This document shows positions 15,089-20,000 of a DNA stretch of 20,000 nucleotides, piece by piece. Numbering within the stretch: position 1 is the stretch's first letter; each line of letters begins with the position of its first letter. The DNA lies in IMG/VR virus record IMGVR_UViG_3300032038_000017. One strand, 5' to 3'. Both the position numbers and the translations under genes were made by a program. The notes under the pieces are model-generated. The model saw nothing but the letters and a program-made list of their open reading frames with translations. It was not told the origin of the DNA and did no database searches. The DNA is from an uncultured virus (IMG/VR IMGVR_UViG_3300032038_000017) (taxonomy: Duplodnaviria > Heunggongvirae > Uroviricota > Caudoviricetes).

Positions 15089-15898
15089 TTATCCTTCGAT
15101 AGACTCACCGAGTCTTTCTTGTTCCTCTTCGTCGTTTATGTCCTTTACGTTACCGTTTTTTCCGGCTTCATTATCTTCGACTTTCTTGTCTGTATCTTCG
15201 CCGTCCTTAGGCTCTTCTGTTGTAGATTCACCCTCAGGTTTTTCTTCAGTAGCTTCTGCTGTTCCGGCAGTTTCAAGCTTCTTGTTTACATCGTCAAGAA
15301 GCTCCTGTTCTGCTTCCCCACCATTTTCTGGGTCAACCTTTTTAGCTTCCTGAATCTTCTGTTCAAGCTCGGTTTTGATTTTCTGAAGCTCTTCTGGATT
15401 CTCGGCGTTTGTATCAATTCTATTTTTGATTTCGTCAAGAACTTTTTCTTCCTGTGCAACTTCTGCTGCCATAGCTTGTTCTGATTTAACAATCTGTGGC
15501 TCAAACTTCTTCTTAGCTTCGTTGTATTTTGCCTGGGCATTCGTAACACCCTGTGTTGCAGTTGTTACTTGTGCCTTAAACTTCTGAATGTACTGAAGGT
15601 CACGTTGCTTACGTCCTTCGTCTGCCAAAGGTGAAGTCTGGATAATCTGTTCCATTCCTGCCAAAGCTTCCATGATTTTTTGGGTAGAACTTTCAACAGT
15701 TGGTGTACCTTTGTCCATCCACTTAGCAAACTTGTAGAACGCCTTAGTGAACACATTTCCACCTTTGTCACCACCTTGGGCAGCAACTGGTGCATCTTCT
15801 TTCAAGTAATCTTCAAAGAAACGACTTTTAGCAGATTCACTTACTTCAAGGGATTCATAAAGTTCTTTTAAGTAATCTGTATTAAACTTATCTTTCAT
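15089..15898 (-). CDS. Probable prohead core/internal protein (269 aa, acidic C-terminus)
   Basis: Directly downstream of protease-scaffold; LYES, VSES, LKED sites; AGAGG RBS. Confidence 0.65.
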   Translation of the reverse strand: MKDKFNTDYLKELYESLEVSESAKSRFFEDYLKEDAPVAAQGGDKGGNVFTKAFYKFAKWMDKGTPTVESSTQKIMEALAGMEQIIQTSPLADEGRKQRDLQYIQKFKAQVTTATQGVTNAQAKYNEAKKKFEPQIVKSEQAMAAEVAQEEKVLDEIKNRIDTNAENPEELQKIKTELEQKIQEAKKVDPENGGEAEQELLDDVNKKLETAGTAEATEEKPEGESTTEEPKDGEDTDKKVEDNEAGKNGNVKDINDEEEQERLGESIEG

Positions 15899-15921
15899 TC
15901 TTCAAACCTCTTTAAAATCAT

Positions 15922-15954
15922 ATGTTCCCCATAACACACAAGTATGGGGAACAT
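15922..15954. terminator. Perfect 12-bp hairpin (terminator or RNA stability/processing element)
   Basis: atgttccccata/tatggggaacat. Confidence 0.65.
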
Positions 15955-15961
15955 TTTTTAA

Positions 15962-17737
15962 TTAGAACAATCCAAGTGATGCAGCAAGTGAATCAACTTG
16001 ATTATTCGTTGTGTTTCCTTCATAGAAGTCAGAAGTTTTTCCCTCTGTTGGAACATAAGTTGTGCTTTCGTCAAGCTGTCCAGCGTTTTCGAGTTCACGT
16101 GCAACTGACATAAACATTCTCTGTGCTTCACGGAGTGAACGTGCGTTCAAGAATGAATTCTTGTAAGGCTTAATAGACTCGCCATAACGTGCTTCGAGGT
16201 CATTGTAGTAAGAAACAACACTTCCTTCCATTGTCTTTACGTAGTTGTCTACATTTTCACCAAGACGGCTCTTCAATGTAGAAACTTCACGGCGAAGAAT
16301 GTTGATTTCACGTTTTGCAGATTCGTCAAGCTGTGTCATGTCAAGCTTAACTGGCTGAGCTTCTTTTTCTTTGAATGTAGCAAGGGCTGCCTTCAAAGCG
16401 TCGTTCTCTTCTTTCATTGCAGTGTATTCTGCAACATTTACTGAACCGGCTACCATAGACTCGTTGAGCTTCTGTTTGTTTTCTGGTACGTTGTTCTTTG
16501 CAGATTCTTTCAATTCAAGAATTTCGTCTGCTGCTTTGTCAAGTTTAGCGTTAGCTTCTTTGAGCTGTGTTTTAAGGATACCGTTTGCCTTTTCGAGCTT
16601 AGCGTTTCCTTCTTTGTATGTTTCAAGTTCCTTGTTAGCTTTTGCAAGGGCTTCCTGCATTTCCAAAACTTTTGCACCGGCTTTTGTATCAAGGTCGTCG
16701 AAGTTTTCTTTCAACTGCTTAACTTGTTCAGAAAGTGAAACGATTGTAGAGTTCTTTGAAATGTCAAGACTTTCGTTTGTAGCTTCTGCCAATTCAAGCT
16801 GTGCTTTAAGAGCATTGTGTTCGCTCATAATCTGCTGATTACGTTTTGTGATAGCCTCACAAAGTTCCTTGTAATCCTGAACCTGTTCAATCAAAAGTTT
16901 ACCAGACTTCATAATGGATTTTGCAGATTCATTTACTTCACTTACAGAAGAAGCCTGGAGGTCAAGCTTCATTTTGTGGGCTTCAGCAATGTCTTCGTTC
17001 AATTTAATCTGGAGGTCAGAAATACGGCCAGAAACTGCTTCTTCAAGGTCTTTAAGTCCACTTTCTTTTACCAAAGCGAGAACTTCGTTAGACTCTTCAA
17101 TTACTTCAAGCGGGTTTTCTGCACTGTGGTCTTTAGCCAAGAATGCTTCAACGTGCTCACGAATTGCTTTTGCCTGTTCTGGTGTAAGTTTGCTTTCAAA
17201 CAAGTCGTCGTCTTCACCTGCTTCAACTGCGGCAGTGTCGATTGTTGTATCAACGTCTGGGTCACCAACAGAAATGTTTGCGTCTGAATTTTCTGGGATA
17301 GCTTCTGTATCAGCAGTAGTTGTTTCTGGAATTTCTTCTGGTGCAACAACTGCATCATCAGCAACTGGGGAAGGAGCTGGCTCTTCAACCGGCTCTTCGT
17401 TTACTTTTACAACAGTGTCGCCGTTTGCCTGAACTGTAACGTCTGTTTCTGGAGCGTCTTCTGCAACAGTAACTGTTGTTTCTTCCATTTTAAGACCTTT
17501 CTCTACCAATACTTCGATTCTCTTCTGAGCTTCTTCAAGTCTTGCAGGGATTCCTTCTTCAAGGTCAGTAAGCTGTCCTTCCTGGATAAGCTTCTGGATT
17601 TCTTTCAAATCTTCCAACTGTTTAAGTGGGTTAGTGATTTCTGTGTTTTCTTTCAAATAGTTATTGATGTATTTGCGGAGCTCTTTTTCCTCAACCTTAG
17701 AAAGAGCTGACTTAACGCCGGTTTCTTTTGCGTCCAT
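15962..17737 (-). CDS. Nested in-frame scaffold protein (591 aa, MDAKETG...)
   Basis: AGGAGA 8 nt upstream of in-frame ATG (Met264) just after the protease domain. Confidence 0.55.
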   Translation of the reverse strand: MDAKETGVKSALSKVEEKELRKYINNYLKENTEITNPLKQLEDLKEIQKLIQEGQLTDLEEGIPARLEEAQKRIEVLVEKGLKMEETTVTVAEDAPETDVTVQANGDTVVKVNEEPVEEPAPSPVADDAVVAPEEIPETTTADTEAIPENSDANISVGDPDVDTTIDTAAVEAGEDDDLFESKLTPEQAKAIREHVEAFLAKDHSAENPLEVIEESNEVLALVKESGLKDLEEAVSGRISDLQIKLNEDIAEAHKMKLDLQASSVSEVNESAKSIMKSGKLLIEQVQDYKELCEAITKRNQQIMSEHNALKAQLELAEATNESLDISKNSTIVSLSEQVKQLKENFDDLDTKAGAKVLEMQEALAKANKELETYKEGNAKLEKANGILKTQLKEANAKLDKAADEILELKESAKNNVPENKQKLNESMVAGSVNVAEYTAMKEENDALKAALATFKEKEAQPVKLDMTQLDESAKREINILRREVSTLKSRLGENVDNYVKTMEGSVVSYYNDLEARYGESIKPYKNSFLNARSLREAQRMFMSVARELENAGQLDESTTYVPTEGKTSDFYEGNTTNNQVDSLAASLGLF

Positions 17738-18526
17738 TTCTGTATTCTCCTGAATTCTATTTTCTGATTTGTTTTCAACGGATTCATTTACTACCGTTTT
17801 CTTTGTATATTCGATGTTACCAAGATTTGTTTCGTTGTTGATAACACCATAAACTGACTGTGATGGATTAAGTACAACGTCTGCCAAACGTTCAATCTGA
17901 TATGTATCAGGATTAACTGTTTCGCCGTCTGCTTCAAGCTCACCGAATCCAGAAGAACTGAATCCTACACGACCACCAGCGTCAATGATTTCTTGTGCCA
18001 AATGACCATATGGTCCTACGAATGTACCAATACCGTATACAAGGTTGTTTCCTTCGTCGATATCCATTCCAAGCCATACGATGCTACTGTTTTTGAAGCT
18101 ACCTGGGTCAGAGTCGTCTGTTGGATGGTCTGCGAGACCACAAAGACCTTTCCAAGCGTCTTCCTGATTATTCATAACGTTTTCCCAAAGTGCCTTAGGA
18201 TAACGTCTGTGGTTTCCGTTAACGGTTCCGGGTGGATTAATGCGAGCTACAGGCACACGATAAATACGCTGCTTGTTTACATCTACGCCACCTTCCTTTA
18301 ACTTGCTAACAACTTTCTGGACAATTGCGTCTTCTACCTTTGCTTCACGAAGTGCCTTAATAATCTGATTGTTTGTAAGAGATTCGAGCATTTTTGATTT
18401 GCCACGTGAGGCATTATACTCAGTAATCTTTACATTCATAGATTCTTTAAGAGCTGCTGGTGCAGAATCTGTAATGTCGGAATAATAGCTGTTAGGCATT
18501 GTAAGTGTTTCTCTTAAATGTAACAT
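15962..18526 (-). CDS. Prohead core protease (T4 gp21-like) fused to long coiled-coil scaffold, 854 aa
   Basis: N-G-N-H-R-R-Y-P, G-L-A-D-H-P (catalytic His), G-F-S-S-S-G-F-G (catalytic Ser), D-V-V-L-N-P-S; C-terminal ~590 aa acidic coiled coil with many L/V-x-E-S sites. Confidence 0.85.
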   Translation of the reverse strand: MLHLRETLTMPNSYYSDITDSAPAALKESMNVKITEYNASRGKSKMLESLTNNQIIKALREAKVEDAIVQKVVSKLKEGGVDVNKQRIYRVPVARINPPGTVNGNHRRYPKALWENVMNNQEDAWKGLCGLADHPTDDSDPGSFKNSSIVWLGMDIDEGNNLVYGIGTFVGPYGHLAQEIIDAGGRVGFSSSGFGELEADGETVNPDTYQIERLADVVLNPSQSVYGVINNETNLGNIEYTKKTVVNESVENKSENRIQENTEMDAKETGVKSALSKVEEKELRKYINNYLKENTEITNPLKQLEDLKEIQKLIQEGQLTDLEEGIPARLEEAQKRIEVLVEKGLKMEETTVTVAEDAPETDVTVQANGDTVVKVNEEPVEEPAPSPVADDAVVAPEEIPETTTADTEAIPENSDANISVGDPDVDTTIDTAAVEAGEDDDLFESKLTPEQAKAIREHVEAFLAKDHSAENPLEVIEESNEVLALVKESGLKDLEEAVSGRISDLQIKLNEDIAEAHKMKLDLQASSVSEVNESAKSIMKSGKLLIEQVQDYKELCEAITKRNQQIMSEHNALKAQLELAEATNESLDISKNSTIVSLSEQVKQLKENFDDLDTKAGAKVLEMQEALAKANKELETYKEGNAKLEKANGILKTQLKEANAKLDKAADEILELKESAKNNVPENKQKLNESMVAGSVNVAEYTAMKEENDALKAALATFKEKEAQPVKLDMTQLDESAKREINILRREVSTLKSRLGENVDNYVKTMEGSVVSYYNDLEARYGESIKPYKNSFLNARSLREAQRMFMSVARELENAGQLDESTTYVPTEGKTSDFYEGNTTNNQVDSLAASLGLF

Positions 18527-18612
18527 ACTTCCTTTTTACTCCATATATTTGGCATTTTAAGCCACACGAGATTAATTTAAGTATCTGAATGGACTAATCC
18601 TCAAACACTTAA

Positions 18613-18621
18613 TTAATTAGT
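18613..18621 (-). promoter_or_regulatory. Candidate late promoter ACTAATTAA for protease-scaffold
   Basis: Motif recurrence upstream of structural genes. Confidence 0.5.
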
Positions 18622-18669
18622 GGAAATAGATTTTAATTACTTGAAAAATTAAAAATAATCAAAAGCTCT

Positions 18670-18678
18670 ACTAATTAA
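18670..18678 (+). promoter_or_regulatory. Candidate late promoter ACTAATTAA, divergent, driving putative sRNA
   Basis: Motif on + strand with no protein gene downstream before a terminator. Confidence 0.5.
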
Positions 18679-18805
18679 TCCGAGCACCAGAAATTGTGTT
18701 TCGAACGAATGTTTCCGTTGTTCCTACAACATTATTGTTTTAACGGATTTATCTCCTTACTACATTTAAACAAAACACCGTCCACAATGGACGGTGCTCT
18801 TTTTT
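18679..18805 (+). ncRNA. Putative ~125-nt small RNA with exposed anti-SD segment UUUAUCUCCUUAC
   Basis: Candidate promoter, two hairpins (18681-18703, 18714-18747), single-stranded 18748-18775 identical to the complement of the early RBS, terminator 18776-18805. Confidence 0.5.
18772..18805. terminator. Bidirectional intrinsic terminator
   Basis: caccgtcca/tggacggtg 9-bp stem; T-tract on + strand, aaaa on left giving U-tract on - strand. Confidence 0.8.
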
Positions 18806-19544
18806 AGTATCTTGCAGTTAAAACGTATCCACCTGGATTTGTACCAACCGGATAATTATATACGTAGAAGTATATTCCAGAACGACAGTCTGATTCATCA
18901 TGAACCCCACGGTTATGTTCCCCAGAGAATACCTGACGATTAATACGAACCTGACGGAATTCTTGTGTTACTGTAAAGTCTGGTTCATTTGACTGATAAG
19001 CTACAATACTTTCCGTTCCGTTTTCGTCTATGTATTTAAGAACCATAACGCCGTCTGCTGCTTCCTCTTCCTGATACAATGGAAACATGATTACATCATT
19101 CTGAACATATCCTTGACGTTCAAAGAAACTCTTGCTTCTATCACGGCGATTATCCGGATTAGCTTTATCTTTGTTTCTTTCATTTGATTCCAGATAAAAT
19201 CCAAGGTTTGTTAAAATGTCTTTTTCTTCATTAGACGTTGGTCTGTATACACGATGTGTTGCGGTATACTGTGGAACTATTGTTAGTTTATCTGGGTTAA
19301 ACAAGAACGTATATGGGGCTTCGGTCTTTCGTGGGAAGTCCAAACGCAAAGAAATCAAGAATTCGTTTTCACTTACGATAAAAACCGACGGAGCTTTCTC
19401 TACTCTTTTAGAAGAAAACTCCAAGTTTTCCACTTGGTCAAAAAACATCTTCCTTATTTTCACGTTGGTAGTGATGTCGTTCTCGTCAAACTTTTTCTGT
19501 GTAAGGGTTGTATTCTGTTCAACCCATTCCGACAATTTACTCAT
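18804..19544 (-). CDS. Hypothetical protein (246 aa)
   Basis: ORF; AGGAGG RBS; start overlaps upstream stop (TAATG). Confidence 0.8.
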   Translation of the reverse strand: MSKLSEWVEQNTTLTQKKFDENDITTNVKIRKMFFDQVENLEFSSKRVEKAPSVFIVSENEFLISLRLDFPRKTEAPYTFLFNPDKLTIVPQYTATHRVYRPTSNEEKDILTNLGFYLESNERNKDKANPDNRRDRSKSFFERQGYVQNDVIMFPLYQEEEAADGVMVLKYIDENGTESIVAYQSNEPDFTVTQEFRQVRINRQVFSGEHNRGVHDESDCRSGIYFYVYNYPVGTNPGGYVLTARY

Positions 19545-19744
19545 TATTTTTCCTCCTGCCAGTCATTTGCAAACAATTCAGGTAGAGACAACTTTATCTT
19601 CTTCCAGGAAAAAGAATCATTGTCCCAGTAGTTTACAAGAGAACCGGCTTCTTTTTGATTTGCTAAGCTTATGTAATTTCGTCTAGGCCACTTACTTCTT
19701 CTTAATTTCGTGACACCTTTTGCTACTAGCTCTAGATACGTCAT
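19544..19744 (-). CDS. DUF2829/Tad2-like small protein (66 aa)
   Basis: M-T-Y-L-E-L...G..L-R-R-S-K-W and terminal E-L-F-A-N-D-W-Q-E resemble DUF2829 (Thoeris anti-defence 2) consensus; start reassigned to 19744. Confidence 0.55.
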   Translation of the reverse strand: MTYLELVAKGVTKLRRSKWPRRNYISLANQKEAGSLVNYWDNDSFSWKKIKLSLPELFANDWQEEK

Positions 19745-19950
19745 TATAGTAATTAGGCACAATTTATGATTTTCAAAATTTGGATTTCACTAACATAAAC
19801 TAACTTAGTAAAAGGGGCATTTAGTATCTTGGCTACATTACTTGTACATAACAAGTAAAATTCAAAGAAAAAGAGGTGATGCCATTTCAGTTAATATATC
19901 TGCCAAAGATGCTTATTAGCCCTTTAATTTTTTATCAAAAGAGGTGAACA

Positions 19951-20000
19951 ATGGTTACTGTTCAGGTTGAAAACGACAATCTTGAAAGAGCACTTCGCAA
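19951..20000 (+). CDS. rpsU: Ribosomal protein bS21, partial (MVTVQVENDNLERALR...)
   Basis: N-terminus matches the bS21 V-x-V...L-E-x-A-L-R pattern; GAGGTG RBS at 19941-19946; only 16 codons visible. Confidence 0.7.
   Translation, partial: MVTVQVENDNLERALR

Noticed and set aside
18748..18760. Minus-strand RBS of a missed small gene
   Set aside because: No start codon at usable spacing (next ATG is ~16 nt away and followed by TTG-TAG) and no early promoter upstream
18709..18807. 32-codon + strand ORF MFPLFLQHYCFNGF... in the sRNA region
   Set aside because: No SD and it runs through the terminator stem; more likely incidental, though not excluded
13937..19686. + strand ORFs opposite the head module
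   Set aside because: Shadow ORFs (Ser/Phe/Leu-rich mirror of Glu/Lys-rich genes) lacking RBS
19868..19947. Repeated AAAAGAGGTGA and a 22-codon uORF ending in the rpsU RBS
   Set aside because: The SD-like sequence directly abuts the uORF ATG, so initiation is unlikely; insufficient support

Overview
AT-rich segment of a large lytic (T4-like/jumbo-type) bacteriophage genome. Left half (1-~10950): a minus-strand array of 22 small, mostly unknown genes. Twenty of them each carry their own copy of one expression module, 5'-C(A/G)GGGTA-N15-TATAAT-~10 nt-TAAGGAGATAAA-ACT-ATG, and most are separated either by a stand-alone terminator or by a covarying hairpin built into the promoter. Recognisable cargo includes an N-terminally truncated ComM/YifB ATPase, a DarA_C-like domain, a polyvalent-protein-type domain and a paralog pair. 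Two more copies of the promoter drive plus-strand genes (11111-12953), including a secreted protein. Right half: a minus-strand late head module with a gp21-like prohead protease fused to a long scaffold that has an internal in-frame start, followed by probable internal head proteins. It also holds a different candidate promoter motif (CTAATTA), a DUF2829/Tad2-like gene and the start of a phage-encoded ribosomal protein bS21. Most intriguing is a predicted ~125-nt late small RNA (18679-18805) whose exposed UUUAUCUCCUUA is the exact complement of the ribosome-binding leader shared by the early array, suggesting a one-to-many early-gene translational shut-off. All protein family calls are from motif recognition only; no searches were run.
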